Counted from the first letter of the stretch, positions 34,254 through 44,099 are shown. The stretch: DNA of 64,000 nucleotides from Candidatus Eiseniibacteriota bacterium (GCA_043819135.1 JBDRFG010000033.1:741-64740); one strand, 5' to 3'. Numbers and translations: made by a program. Notes: generated from the sequence alone by a model not told the origin.

Positions 34254-35945
34254 GTGAGCGACCACGGTACGAGCGACCATCAGGACGCGAACATGTCGGA
34301 CAGGCACATCGATTCACACCGCACGGCAGGCGTTGCAGCCGACGGCGCGAGCCCAGCGCCCGGTCTCCATGCCCGCGGCTCGCGACGCGAACTGCTCGTT
34401 GGGCTTCTCCTCCTTGCCGCGGTCTTCGTGTTCCACTTCGTGCTTGAATCGAAGCTGAGAGCGATGGGGGCGTTCGCGTGTCTCAACACGCTCTTCAGCG
34501 CGGACCCAGGTCTGACGCTCGAGGCCATATGCAGCGGCGGTGGAAGCAACCACCTGTCCCATCCGTTGCTCGAGTACCTCTTCAGCATTCCCATCGGGGT
34601 CGTCGCGAAGCTGGGTTCGCTCATCAGCTCCGGAGGCCTGGACGAGGTTCTGACGAGGGGCTCGCTCGGACTGCTCGTGGTGCCCGCCGCCGCCGGACTG
34701 CAGACGTTCGTCTCGCTCCGAATCCTCAGGACGCTCGGCCTCTCCCTTCGTTCGGCGCTCCTGCTCGCCCTTCTGGGTTCCCTGTCATTCAGCAAGCTGC
34801 TGCTGGGCAGCATGCCTGAGTCGTATTGTCTGAGCGCCCTCTGCATCTCGCTCGGATACCTCCTGTTCTTGCGCACGCGCGATCGACGCGGAGTCCGCGT
34901 GGAGCTCTCGTGGATCGCGTTGGGGGTGCTGACCGCGGGCATCACGGTCACGAACGTCGCGGCGTTGGCGATCCTCTACTTCGTTCGCGAGAGGCAGCTG
35001 GGACGGAACCTCCCGGGCGGAAGCCTCAGGACGGCCGGGATGGCCGTGCTCGTGCTCGTCGTTACACTTGCGTGTGGGCAGGGTCTGGACCGGCTGTTCG
35101 ATGCACAGCCAGGGCGCACTCCCGACGAGATGGTGTGGATATCGCGGTACCTCGTCGACGACCCGGGAATCCAGCTCGCGACGTTCCCCACGGCCGTGAT
35201 TAACGGGATAGCCCCTCCCGTCCCGTCCCGCAAACCGAACAACTTCGCGTTGAGGATGGAGAGGTCCACCGCGAAGGACGGCAAGGCCGCGGCCCCGCGC
35301 CGTCCCGCGCGCCGCCGCGCGCGCGGCCCCGGGATACGCATGCCAGGCGCCGCGACGGAGAACGATACACTCGGCGGCAAGAAGACAGGTCCCGTCTTCC
35401 TCAATAGGGAAGCACGGGCGAAGCCCGACCCCGCTTCCGCGGATGCGGCGCCCGAGGACACGACCGACCCCGCCGCCGCAGGTGCGGCACCTGAGGATAC
35501 GACCGACCCCGCTCCCGCGGATGCGGCGCCTGAGGACACGGCCGGCCCCGCGCAGCCGGACCGCGTGATTCCATTCAGCATGACACTGCAGCGCACGCAC
35601 GATCCGAGGTCGGTCCGGAACTTCATAGGCATCGTTCTTCTGGCCACGCTGGCGTGCGTGGCTCTCAGGGACAAACGGCTGGACCCGACGTTCAGATCGC
35701 TGGCCCGCGCGTCACTGGCCATTCTCGCGTTCAACTGGATCCTGCACGGGTTCTGGGGGGGCGAGCAGTTCCTGTACTCGCAGCACTGGCACGTATCCCT
35801 GCTGGTCCTCATGGGCGCGGCGGTGTCCGTGCTCGAGGCGCGCGGCCGGAACGCCCTGACGCCCCTCGTCATCTGCGTGGTGGGCGTCGCCGTCAGTAAC
35901 TCGATAGTCCTCACGAAGACAATGCAGGCGCTCCTGGACGGCTAG
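34254..35945 (+). CDS. polytopic membrane protein, unknown function
   Basis: Many hydrophobic helices are interrupted by a ~130-aa charged, Pro/Ala-rich loop. The start is uncertain (GTG 34254 or ATG 34293). A TTGACT-N17-GATAGT motif at 34217-34245 would favour the later start. Confidence 0.55.
   Translation: MSDHGTSDHQDANMSDRHIDSHRTAGVAADGASPAPGLHARGSRRELLVGLLLLAAVFVFHFVLESKLRAMGAFACLNTLFSADPGLTLEAICSGGGSNHLSHPLLEYLFSIPIGVVAKLGSLISSGGLDEVLTRGSLGLLVVPAAAGLQTFVSLRILRTLGLSLRSALLLALLGSLSFSKLLLGSMPESYCLSALCISLGYLLFLRTRDRRGVRVELSWIALGVLTAGITVTNVAALAILYFVRERQLGRNLPGGSLRTAGMAVLVLVVTLACGQGLDRLFDAQPGRTPDEMVWISRYLVDDPGIQLATFPTAVINGIAPPVPSRKPNNFALRMERSTAKDGKAAAPRRPARRRARGPGIRMPGAATENDTLGGKKTGPVFLNREARAKPDPASADAAPEDTTDPAAAGAAPEDTTDPAPADAAPEDTAGPAQPDRVIPFSMTLQRTHDPRSVRNFIGIVLLATLACVALRDKRLDPTFRSLARASLAILAFNWILHGFWGGEQFLYSQHWHVSLLVLMGAAVSVLEARGRNALTPLVICVVGVAVSNSIVLTKTMQALLDG
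35427..35543 (+). repeat. 3 x 39-bp in-frame tandem repeat (DPAxADAAPEDTT)
   Basis: Units are 35427-35465, 35466-35504 and 35505-35543. They are nearly identical and encode the disordered loop of the membrane protein. Confidence 0.85.
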
Positions 35946-35996
35946 GCGGCGACCCCCATCGTCGCCGGCGTGTTCCGGCCCAAAGTGCCGCCGTTC

Positions 35997-36025
35997 TTGA
36001 CTGCTCTGCCTGAGGCCCATAGAAT
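35997..36025 (+). promoter_or_regulatory. sigma-70 promoter (near-consensus)
   Basis: TTGACT-N17-TAGAAT, 45 nt upstream of ATG 36071, which has GGAGG 10 nt upstream. Confidence 0.6.
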
Positions 36026-36070
36026 CCAAAATGGTCTTCCGGCTCTTTTTGTTCCTGGAGGTATTCTCCG

Positions 36071-37282
36071 ATGCCAAGGGGCAGGTCGCGCAAAGCTCGC
36101 GACGAAGCGCGATCCAGGACGTTCTCGATGATAAGAGTGTGGTCCGTGACCATCGCGGCCGCGCTCGTCCTGGTTCTCGGCGCGATCGAACTCATCTCGA
36201 GCGGGAGGCTGAGTGCCTTCGCGAGACGCGGGAGGGGGCCCGGGGACCTGAGCGGCATCGTCATGGAGCTGGAGCGCGCCATCGACGGAGAGCTCGTGAA
36301 GCTCGGCGTATCCGGAGCGACCAGCGAGCGCGAGGACAGGGAGGACGGACGCTACACCTGGACTCACATCGAGAAGAAGGGCAGCATCCCCCACGACGTC
36401 GGCATCTACGAATGCAATCTGGCCATCACCCGCGCGGTTCGCAGGGTGGGTGGGCGAATCATCCGCGGGGCCGATCAGGGGCCGGACTACCAGGGCCTGC
36501 GGACCCTCGATCTGCGCATCGGGCACGGCGACATCGAGACTCACCGTCTGGTGCTCAAGCAGTCAGCCGGGACGGACGCACGGGAGGACCTCGCCGCGGC
36601 GGGCTCGCCTCCGAGGATCGCGATAGTCATCGACGACTTCGGCTACAACGGGTCCGAGACGACCAGGGGCATCATCGACCTGGATTTCCCCATCACCATC
36701 TCGATAATACCCAACTGTCCGCACACGACGGACGTCGCGCACGCGGCTCACTCGGCCGGGAAGGAGGTGCTTGTCCACATTCCGATGGAGCCGCGCGGCT
36801 ACCCGGAGGTCGATCCGGGAGAGGGCGCGCTGATGAGCGACCACACCAGAGAGCAGCTGGTGCGCAGGATCGACGATGCCCTGGACGACGTCCCGCACGC
36901 GGTGGGTGCGAACAACCACATGGGCTCGGCCTTCACCTCGCAGCACATTCCAATGAGAGTGCTGATGCACAAACTGCGCGACAAGGGGTTCTTCTTCCTC
37001 GACAGCATGACGACACCCGAGTCCGTCGGCATAACGGAGGCCAGGCGCGCCGGGGTGCCCACGACGCGGAACAGGATGTTCATCGACAGCCCCGTGGACG
37101 AGTCCGGTCGCATCGACGTCGAGTCGCAGTTCACGGAGCTGGTGGCGGTCGCAAGAAAGCTCGGGGTAGCGGTCGGGATCGGCCACCCTCATCCCGAGAC
37201 CCTGCGCGTGCTCAGGAAAGCGCTTCCGGAACTCGAGAGCGAGGGCATCGAGCTGGTCTTCGTCTCCGAACTGGTGAAATAG
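36071..37282 (+). CDS. divergent polysaccharide deacetylase family protein (YibQ-like)
   Basis: N-terminal TM helix. The core IAIVIDDFGYN...ISIIPN...HIPMEP...NNHMGS is typical of the YibQ/DUF610 family. Confidence 0.75.
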   Translation: MPRGRSRKARDEARSRTFSMIRVWSVTIAAALVLVLGAIELISSGRLSAFARRGRGPGDLSGIVMELERAIDGELVKLGVSGATSEREDREDGRYTWTHIEKKGSIPHDVGIYECNLAITRAVRRVGGRIIRGADQGPDYQGLRTLDLRIGHGDIETHRLVLKQSAGTDAREDLAAAGSPPRIAIVIDDFGYNGSETTRGIIDLDFPITISIIPNCPHTTDVAHAAHSAGKEVLVHIPMEPRGYPEVDPGEGALMSDHTREQLVRRIDDALDDVPHAVGANNHMGSAFTSQHIPMRVLMHKLRDKGFFFLDSMTTPESVGITEARRAGVPTTRNRMFIDSPVDESGRIDVESQFTELVAVARKLGVAVGIGHPHPETLRVLRKALPELESEGIELVFVSELVK

Positions 37283-37296
37283 GAGGAGCGGGCATC

Positions 37297-38016
37297 ATGA
37301 GATTGTCGGTCAATGTTGATCACGTCGCGACCATCAGGCAGGCGAGGATGGCCGATGAGCCGGATCCCGTGTGGGCCGCTGCTCAGGCGGAGCTGGCGGG
37401 GGCGTGCGGGATCACGGTCCACCTGCGCGGCGACAGACGGCACATTCAGGACCGCGATGTCCGCCTTCTCAGGGAGACGGTGGCGGGTGTCCTGAACCTG
37501 GAGATGAAGGCCACCGAGGATCTGCTCGCGCTGGCCCTCGAGATACGTCCGGACATGTGCACGCTGGTGCCCGAGGGAGACGGGGAGCTGACGACGCAGG
37601 GCGGCCTCGACGTCATCGCCGAGGAATCAGAGCTGCGCGCTGCCATCACGAAGCTCAAGGGCATCGGCATCACGGTCAGCCTGTTCATTGATCCGGACGT
37701 CGTGCAGGTGGCGCGCGCGAAGGCCGTGGGAGCCGACATCGTCGAGATCCACACCGGCATCTTTGCCGAGGCCACCGACCCGGATGAGGTCCAGCGTGAG
37801 TTCGAGAAGGTGAGAGTCGCCGCCATCGCCGCGAAGGAGATGGGGCTTCATGCACACGGTGGGCACGGTATCACCTACCGGAACGCGCAGGCGATAGCAG
37901 GGATCGAGGAGATAGAGGAGGTGAGCATAGGACACAGCATCGTGTCGCGCGCCGTCCTCGTCGGGATGGACCTCGCCGTCAGGGAGATGGCCGCTCTGGT
38001 GGATTCTCCGGAGTAG
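37297..38016 (+). CDS. pdxJ: pyridoxine 5'-phosphate synthase
   Basis: ATG 37297 is 9 nt after AGGAGGA. MRLSVNVDHVATIRQAR...HLRGDRRHIQ...LNLEM...EIHTG...HAGHG. The track merges it into an artefactual 661-aa ORF (36031..38016). Confidence 0.95.
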   Translation: MRLSVNVDHVATIRQARMADEPDPVWAAAQAELAGACGITVHLRGDRRHIQDRDVRLLRETVAGVLNLEMKATEDLLALALEIRPDMCTLVPEGDGELTTQGGLDVIAEESELRAAITKLKGIGITVSLFIDPDVVQVARAKAVGADIVEIHTGIFAEATDPDEVQREFEKVRVAAIAAKEMGLHAHGGHGITYRNAQAIAGIEEIEEVSIGHSIVSRAVLVGMDLAVREMAALVDSPE

Positions 38017-38026
38017 GATCGGCGCG

Positions 38027-38689
38027 TCAGGCCTTCCTGGCCCATCCTATCAGGAGCCCGTCAGGAAGAGCCCGACCCAGGAGCTTGTCCAGCACCGGAT
38101 ACCACGCATCCGGTATGTGCCTTACCGCGAAGAAGGGACAGAACGAATCCACGACAAGCGTCGCCGGCGGATGGCCCCAGGCCTCCACGGCGGCGTTTCG
38201 CATGCGCTCCTCGAGTTCCTTGCTCGTGTACTCGGTCTGGTGGGGGACGCCCGCGCGCGGGCGGAAGAACTGTCTCTGCCAGTTCTTTCGCGGGACAATG
38301 AGAAGAACCCAGTCCCGCGAGAACCGGAAGTGCTTCGTCACGATCGCCTGCCGTTCCTCGCCCTCGAAGTGCTCGACGAGTCCGTTCGACCAGACGACGT
38401 CGTACTCCCGCCTTAGTTCCGTGTCGTCCATGACGGCGTGGAGGTCCGCCCGCTTCATGAACTCGTATGACTCAGGACAGGGGTCGTGAACATCAGGCGC
38501 CGCGCACCTCATGGTCTCGAACAGGCGCTTGCTGTGGAGGCCGCGCCCGGCGCCGAACTCCAGGAGGCTGCGCTCGGGCCCCCAGCCCAACGCGTTCGCG
38601 ACTTGCTCGAGGATGACCTCGTCGACCGCGCCCCAGTGAAGGTTGCGGACGTCGAGCCAGAAGGATGACCATTCGGTGGACACTGGCAC
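38027..38689 (-). CDS. class I SAM-dependent methyltransferase
   Basis: Motif I LLEFGAGRGL plus downstream acidic residues. The start is GTG 38689 or GTG 38683 (the latter has GGAG 7 nt upstream). Confidence 0.7.
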   Translation of the reverse strand: MPVSTEWSSFWLDVRNLHWGAVDEVILEQVANALGWGPERSLLEFGAGRGLHSKRLFETMRCAAPDVHDPCPESYEFMKRADLHAVMDDTELRREYDVVWSNGLVEHFEGEERQAIVTKHFRFSRDWVLLIVPRKNWQRQFFRPRAGVPHQTEYTSKELEERMRNAAVEAWGHPPATLVVDSFCPFFAVRHIPDAWYPVLDKLLGRALPDGLLIGWARKA

Positions 38690-38826
38690 GCTCCGGAGTT
38701 CAGAAGCAGGCTTGCTTGACCGTGTTGGCGAGTCTATGGGGGCATCGGGCGGACGGCAAGGCGTTTCTGTTCCGCGGTGAACCGGCGTCCCTGCCGTACG
38801 GGGACCCTGCGGGGGGCTATTTCCCG

Positions 38827-38855
38827 TTGACCGGCCGCGTCTTACGGGTTACCAT
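38827..38855 (+). promoter_or_regulatory. candidate sigma-70 promoter for secDF
   Basis: TTGACC-N17-TACCAT, about 80 nt upstream of secD. Confidence 0.4.
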
Positions 38856-38935
38856 AAAGTCTTGGTCTACGAAGCAGAACACCTCGCCCGGGCTCAACTA
38901 CCCGGGCCCGTTTCAGAATACCCGGAGGGGTGAAC

Positions 38936-40582
38936 ATGACGTCTAAGATGAGGTGGAAGATCGTACTTGTGTTGGCCATCCTCGCGTTCTCTGTGTGGAA
39001 GTCCTCGTACACGTTCCGGTTCCTTTCGCTCACGGACGAGGAGAAGGCCGGGATGGAGACGGAGGAGGTCCAGGCCCTGGAAGACCAGTCGCTGCAGCTG
39101 GGACTGGACCTGAAGGGCGGAATGCACCTGGTTCTCGAGGTGGACAAGACAGGGTTGCCGGCGGACGAGGCCCGGGACGCAATGGAGCGGGCCCTCGAGG
39201 TCATCGGTAACAGGATCGACCAGTTCGGCGTGGCCGAGCCGTCAATCCAGCGCGAGGGCGAGAACCGGATCATCGTGCAGCTGCCAGGCCTTCAGGACGA
39301 GCAGCGTGCGAAGGACCTCATCGGCAGGACGGCGCTTCTCGAGTTCGTGCCCATCGCCCCGGCGGACCAGACCGACCTCGTCATGCGCGCCCTCGACAGG
39401 GCGCTGGCAGACACGCTGGTCGCCATGGGCGAGCTTTCGGCCGAGCCGCCCGAGGGGCTTTCCGAGTCCGAGACCGAACGACTCGCGCGCGAGCACCCGT
39501 TCTCCGCTCGCGTGACGTTCATGATGGAGCTGCCGTTCGTCCGCACCGACGACGTGGCGTGGGTGGAGGAGCGGTTGGCCCTTGTCGACCTCAGCAAGGT
39601 CCTGCCGTCGTATCCCGACAGGCCGGGCGTTCCCAAGTACCGGTTGGCCTGGGGTAATGAGCCCAGGACGGGCCAGGACAACAACGAGTATCTTCCCTTC
39701 TACGTGATGGACGCCGAGCCGCTGATCACGGGTTCTTCGGTCTCCGAGGCGAACGTCAGGCCCGGACTGGACCCGGACTATCCGAACTCACCGGGCGTTC
39801 AGCTGAGCCTGTCGCGCCAGGGCGGTCGCACCTTCGCCGCGCATACCGGGGCTCACATCGGCGAGTACCTCGCACTGGTGCTGGACGGCGTTGTGCAGAA
39901 GGCTCCCATCATCAAGAGTAGGATTCCAGCCGGGACGCCGACATCGATCACCGGTAACTTCTCGGACGAGGAGGCCCGCGACACAATGATCCTCCTCCGC
40001 GCCGGCAAGCTCCCCGCGCCCATGACGGTCGTCGAGGAGCGGACGGTGGGTCCGTCGCTGGGGCGCGACTCCATCACGTCGGGTCTTCGTGCGATGCTGA
40101 TCGGCGGCATCCTCGTCGTCCTCTTCATGCTCATCTATTACAGGGCGGCGGGAGCGGTTGCCGTTTGCGCGCTGGGGGGCAACCTCTTCCTCATAGTCGC
40201 GATGATGTCGAGCCTTCCCGTCAGCCCGAAGCCGGCGCTGACACTTCCGGGGCTCGCGGGCATCATCCTGACCATCGGCATGGCCGTTGACGCGAACGTC
40301 CTGATCTTCGAGAGGATCCGAGAGGAACTCCGGAACCAGAAGACCATTCGCGCGGCGATCCGCGACGGGTACGAGCGCGCGTTCATAACGATCATGGACG
40401 CGAACATAACGACCCTGATCGCGGCCGCGGTTCTCCTTTGGTTCGGAACCGGTCCCGTCAAGGGGTTCGCGGTGACGCTGTCGCTCGGCATCATCGCCAG
40501 CATGTTCACCGCTATCGTGGCGACTAGAGTTGTGTTCGATCTTATCACCGTCAAGTGGAACGTCAGGCACCTGAGCATATAG
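38936..40582 (+). CDS. secD: protein translocase subunit SecD
   Basis: ATG 38936 is 5 nt after GGAGGGG (the track starts at GTG 38930). It has an N-terminal TM helix, a large periplasmic domain (LGLDLKGG...IDQFGVAEP) and the C-terminal 5-TM RND-like module. Confidence 0.93.
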   Translation: MTSKMRWKIVLVLAILAFSVWKSSYTFRFLSLTDEEKAGMETEEVQALEDQSLQLGLDLKGGMHLVLEVDKTGLPADEARDAMERALEVIGNRIDQFGVAEPSIQREGENRIIVQLPGLQDEQRAKDLIGRTALLEFVPIAPADQTDLVMRALDRALADTLVAMGELSAEPPEGLSESETERLAREHPFSARVTFMMELPFVRTDDVAWVEERLALVDLSKVLPSYPDRPGVPKYRLAWGNEPRTGQDNNEYLPFYVMDAEPLITGSSVSEANVRPGLDPDYPNSPGVQLSLSRQGGRTFAAHTGAHIGEYLALVLDGVVQKAPIIKSRIPAGTPTSITGNFSDEEARDTMILLRAGKLPAPMTVVEERTVGPSLGRDSITSGLRAMLIGGILVVLFMLIYYRAAGAVAVCALGGNLFLIVAMMSSLPVSPKPALTLPGLAGIILTIGMAVDANVLIFERIREELRNQKTIRAAIRDGYERAFITIMDANITTLIAAAVLLWFGTGPVKGFAVTLSLGIIASMFTAIVATRVVFDLITVKWNVRHLSI

Positions 40583-40645
40583 GTGCGGCAAGCGCCTGAC
40601 GCGCCCGGCGTCGAGCACAACTGACCGGGCAGTGGAGGATAAGGC

Positions 40646-41557
40646 ATGGAGTTTCTCGTAGGAACACACATCAACTTTCTCGGGCACCGCAGGGGCGCCT
40701 TCATCCTGTCGATGGCGTTCATCGCAATCGGTCTCGTCTCGCTCGTCATCCAGGGCGGACCGAAGATGGGCATCGACTTCGAAGGCGGCATCCTGCTGCA
40801 GGTGCAGTTCGAACGTGCCGTCTCGGCGGAGAGCATCAGGGACGCTATCGCGGAGATGGGGCTCGGCGACTCCGAGATCCAGCACTTCGGTAGTGGCCGG
40901 GAGGCCATCATCAGGACGCGGGGCACGGGCGGGGAGGATCTGACGGGGGCAATACTTGAGGCGCTGAACGACGCACATCCTGACAATGAGGCGGACGTGC
41001 GCCGTCAGGAGCTGGTCGGCCCCAAGGTAGGCGCCGAGCTCAAGAAAAAGGCCTCGCTGGCGATCTTCTATGCGCTCTTGCTGATCCTCGCGTACATCTC
41101 CATTCGGTTCGAGTTCAAGTTCGCGGTCGGGGCGGTCGCGGCTCTCGTGCACGACGTGCTCATCACGCTGGGTCTTTTCTCGCTGACGGGCCGCGAACTC
41201 TCGCTGCCGGTGATAGCGGGGTTCCTCACGGTCGTCGGGTACTCGTTGAACGACACCATCGTCATTTATGACCGGATCCGCGAGGACAGGCGCAAGCTCT
41301 ACGGCAAGAGCTTCGTAGAGATCGTGAACACGAGTCTGAACGAGTCTCTGTCGAGAACCATAGTAACGTCGCTCACGACACTGCTCGTCGTGCTCTGTCT
41401 GTTCTTCTTCGGAGGCGAGGTCATCAAGGACTTCGCGTTCGCGCTGATGGTCGGAGTCATTGTCGGAACCTATTCGTCGCTCTACGTGGCCAGCCCTCTT
41501 GTCGTCGAGTGGGAGATCCACGCCGAGTCGCGCAGACGGCGGAAGCACTCGAAGTAG
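40646..41557 (+). CDS. secF: protein translocase subunit SecF
   Basis: GGAGGA-taaggc-ATG. SecF pattern (GIDFEGG..., LHDVLITLG, YSLNDTIVIYDRIRE). Confidence 0.93.
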   Translation: MEFLVGTHINFLGHRRGAFILSMAFIAIGLVSLVIQGGPKMGIDFEGGILLQVQFERAVSAESIRDAIAEMGLGDSEIQHFGSGREAIIRTRGTGGEDLTGAILEALNDAHPDNEADVRRQELVGPKVGAELKKKASLAIFYALLLILAYISIRFEFKFAVGAVAALVHDVLITLGLFSLTGRELSLPVIAGFLTVVGYSLNDTIVIYDRIREDRRKLYGKSFVEIVNTSLNESLSRTIVTSLTTLLVVLCLFFFGGEVIKDFAFALMVGVIVGTYSSLYVASPLVVEWEIHAESRRRRKHSK

Positions 41558-41675
41558 AAGGTGCGAGGGGCCCGAGGCGTCGGTCCCGGCGGAGAGTAGT
41601 CAGTCGGAGGCTCGTCCCTGTGGCGGGCCTCCGTCTCATTGTCGACTCCGTGGCTCTTCCGCGGCCACGAAGCTG

Positions 41676-41704
41676 TTGACCAAAGCATCTCCGGGGAATA
41701 GTCT
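41676..41704 (+). promoter_or_regulatory. candidate sigma-70 promoter
   Basis: TTGACC-N17-TAGTCT, 40 nt upstream of ATG 41745. Confidence 0.35.
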
Positions 41705-41744
41705 GACTCTGTTCCAACGCATGGGTCTCTGTCAGGAGAAGATT

Positions 41745-42557
41745 ATGAATGTCCTGGAAGTGGTGCGCCGGGAGTGCGCGGCCGCCGGACACGCACCGTC
41801 GGACAAGTCGGCGGTCCTGCGTGAGGTGGCGGAGCTCGCCGCGGCGAGTCCCGCGCTGGCCGCGCTGAGCGCGGACGAGATTGAGAGGGGCTTGCGAGAA
41901 CGCGAGGAGATCGGGACGACAGGGTTCGGGAAGGGGATAGCGATTCCGCATTGCAGGCTTGATGGTGCCGCGGAGTTCGTTGTTGGCATCGTGAGCGTTC
42001 CGGACGGAGTCGGCTTCGATGCGCTCGACGGAGAGAAGGTCCGGCTTCTCGTCTTCATCATCGGCCCGGCGCAGGAGTCGAGCGACCACATCCGTGTTCT
42101 CTCCAATATCTCGAGAGTTCTCTCCAGCAGTGACACCGTGGACGAGATGGTCGCTGCCACAAGTGATGAGGTGCTGTACGAGAGCTTGGTAAGACACCTG
42201 AGGGACGAGCCTCGCGCGGCCGAGGGCGACCGGAAGAGCCTGTTCCAGGTCTTCGTGCAGGACGAGGACCTCTTCCGGGAGATACTTGAGATCCTGGGCG
42301 CGACGGAGCCGCGTTTCACCGCCGTCCTGGAGGCCGAGAACGCCAACACCTATCTTGCCAAGGTACCGCTGTTCGCGGGTCTATGGAGCGACAGCTCACG
42401 CACCTTCAGCCGCGTCATCGTCTCTCTCGTGCGCAAGCGGATGACCAACGAGATCGTGCGCCGGATAGAAAGCGTCACCGGTCCTCTTTCGAAGAGCGAC
42501 CGCGTTATGGTCGTGGTACAGGACACGTTCTTCAGCGGCGGCTCGCTGACCACCTGA
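41745..42557 (+). CDS. PTS EIIA(Ntr)-type (type-2 EIIA) domain protein with ~110-aa C-terminal extension
   Basis: Frame of track ORF 41460..42557. ATG 41745 is 5 nt after AGGAGA. The EIIA-2 core has the phospho-His box (GKGIAIPHCRL). The C-terminal extension (LFQVFVQDEDLFREILEIL...VMVVVQD) has no fold I can assign. Confidence 0.7.
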   Translation: MNVLEVVRRECAAAGHAPSDKSAVLREVAELAAASPALAALSADEIERGLREREEIGTTGFGKGIAIPHCRLDGAAEFVVGIVSVPDGVGFDALDGEKVRLLVFIIGPAQESSDHIRVLSNISRVLSSSDTVDEMVAATSDEVLYESLVRHLRDEPRAAEGDRKSLFQVFVQDEDLFREILEILGATEPRFTAVLEAENANTYLAKVPLFAGLWSDSSRTFSRVIVSLVRKRMTNEIVRRIESVTGPLSKSDRVMVVVQDTFFSGGSLTT

Positions 42558-42580
42558 CGGTTCGACTCGGGGGCACCTGA

Positions 42581-43903
42581 ATGCAGGAGATTCTGAGGGT
42601 CGAGCCGTTTCTTCTTCTCGGGCTGGTGGCCATCGCCGGTTTCTATTTCGGCCGTGGGGCCCAGCGCGCTCGCCTCCCGTCGCTGATAGGCTTCATGATT
42701 CTGGGCGTGATCCTCGGCCCGTCTCTGGTGGGCGCATTCGACGAGGGCAACCTCGCCTCCCTGAGCTTCATCACGGAGATGGCGCTCGGATTCGTGGCGT
42801 TCAGCATCGGTTCCGAGCTGAACGTGCGAGCGCTCCGCCATCTTGGCAAGGGCATCGTTTCCATCATCCTTGCGGAGTCGTTTGCGGCCTTCATTGTGGT
42901 CGCGACAGTCATGTTCCTGCTGACTCGCAGTTGGCCGGTCGCGCTTCTGTTCGGAGCGATCGCCCCAGCGAGTGCCCCCGCCGGAACGGTGGCCGTGATT
43001 CAGGAGTGCAAGGCCAAGGGGAAGATGACGACGGCGCTCTACGCGGTCGTCGGTTTCGATGACGGGCTTGCGATCCTCATATTCGGGTTCGCGGCGGCGC
43101 TCGCCAAGAGGATCATGCTGGGTGGGGTTCTGGGTATCGGTTCGGAGGAGAGCGTGCTCGTGGCGATGCGCGGGCCCTCTCTCGAGATACTGGGAAGCCT
43201 TGTGGTTGGGGCCGCGCTCGGGTTCGTCTACACGATGCTCGTGCGCAAGCTCCAGGCTGGGCGAGACATGCTCATCATGACCTTCGGCACCGTCCTCGTC
43301 GCCACGGGGCTATCTCTGCACTTCGGCCTCTCGCTGATACTGACCAGCATGGCGGCCGGCTTCGTACTGACGAACACGCGCCGCGAGGGCTTCGTGAGAC
43401 GCGTAACCGACCCGCTTCGAGAGGTGATGCCTCTTCTTTTCATTCTGTTCTTCTGTCTTGCCGGTGCTCACCTCCGGCTGTCCGAGCTGCCGAAGCTCGG
43501 GCTGATCGGCCTTGTCTACATACTGGGCAGATCGGCGGGATTGATCGGCGGCGCGCGCATAGGCGGAGCGATGGGCCACATCGAGGACAGGATCAAGAAG
43601 TGGATCGGACTCGGCATTCTGTCTCAAGCGGGTGTCGCGATCGGCCTGTCGTTGATCGTGAGCAGCGAATTCTCCGAGATGGCTCGGACACCGGAAGTGG
43701 CCGCTGCCGTCTTGCGGTACGCGGCCCAGCACCCCGGTGCAAGCAGTCTCATGTACGATCCGCTGGCGGTCGCGGCGGCGATAATCACCGTCATTACCGC
43801 AACGAGCGTGATCTTCGAGATCGTTGGGCCGATCCTGACCAAGGTGGCTCTCACGAAGGCCGGAGAGATAGGAGCCGAAGAGAGCACCGGCGGGTCCGGA
43901 TGA
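42581..43903 (+). CDS. cation:proton antiporter (CPA2/Na_H_Exchanger family), membrane domain only
   Basis: 440 aa with about 12 TM helices. Motifs are LPSLIGFMILGVILGPS, SIGSEL and GFDDGLAILIF. No C-terminal RCK/KTN domain. Confidence 0.8.
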   Translation: MQEILRVEPFLLLGLVAIAGFYFGRGAQRARLPSLIGFMILGVILGPSLVGAFDEGNLASLSFITEMALGFVAFSIGSELNVRALRHLGKGIVSIILAESFAAFIVVATVMFLLTRSWPVALLFGAIAPASAPAGTVAVIQECKAKGKMTTALYAVVGFDDGLAILIFGFAAALAKRIMLGGVLGIGSEESVLVAMRGPSLEILGSLVVGAALGFVYTMLVRKLQAGRDMLIMTFGTVLVATGLSLHFGLSLILTSMAAGFVLTNTRREGFVRRVTDPLREVMPLLFILFFCLAGAHLRLSELPKLGLIGLVYILGRSAGLIGGARIGGAMGHIEDRIKKWIGLGILSQAGVAIGLSLIVSSEFSEMARTPEVAAAVLRYAAQHPGASSLMYDPLAVAAAIITVITATSVIFEIVGPILTKVALTKAGEIGAEESTGGSG

Positions 43904-44099
43904 CCGCCGGCGCCGATCTGCCGTCCGGGATCGGTCGCTGTGCGAGGGACCCGGTCTCGGACCTCAGACGTTGAGACGGCGGCGCTCCTCGGGGCGCCGC
44001 CTCGCGCGTGTGGCCTCGGAGCCCGTAGACGGTTAGAATATGCATTAGCTGGCTGGGAGACTGAACGCAGCGGCCACAACGTGCGTCTATGGAGATACG

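Noticed and set aside
36031-38016. 661-aa plus-strand ORF from the track
   Set aside because: It is chimeric. The first ~420 codons are an Arg/Gly-rich out-of-frame read-through of the YibQ-like gene (the real frame is 36071-37282). Only the last 239 codons (from ATG 37297, with AGGAGGA upstream) are real and encode PdxJ.
43978-44001. GGCGGCGC-N8-GCGCCGCC hairpin after the antiporter gene, and similar GC hairpins at 4012-4032 and 41605-41633, considered as terminators
   Set aside because: No U-rich tail follows. They could be rho-dependent or processing structures, but the evidence is too weak to call them terminators.
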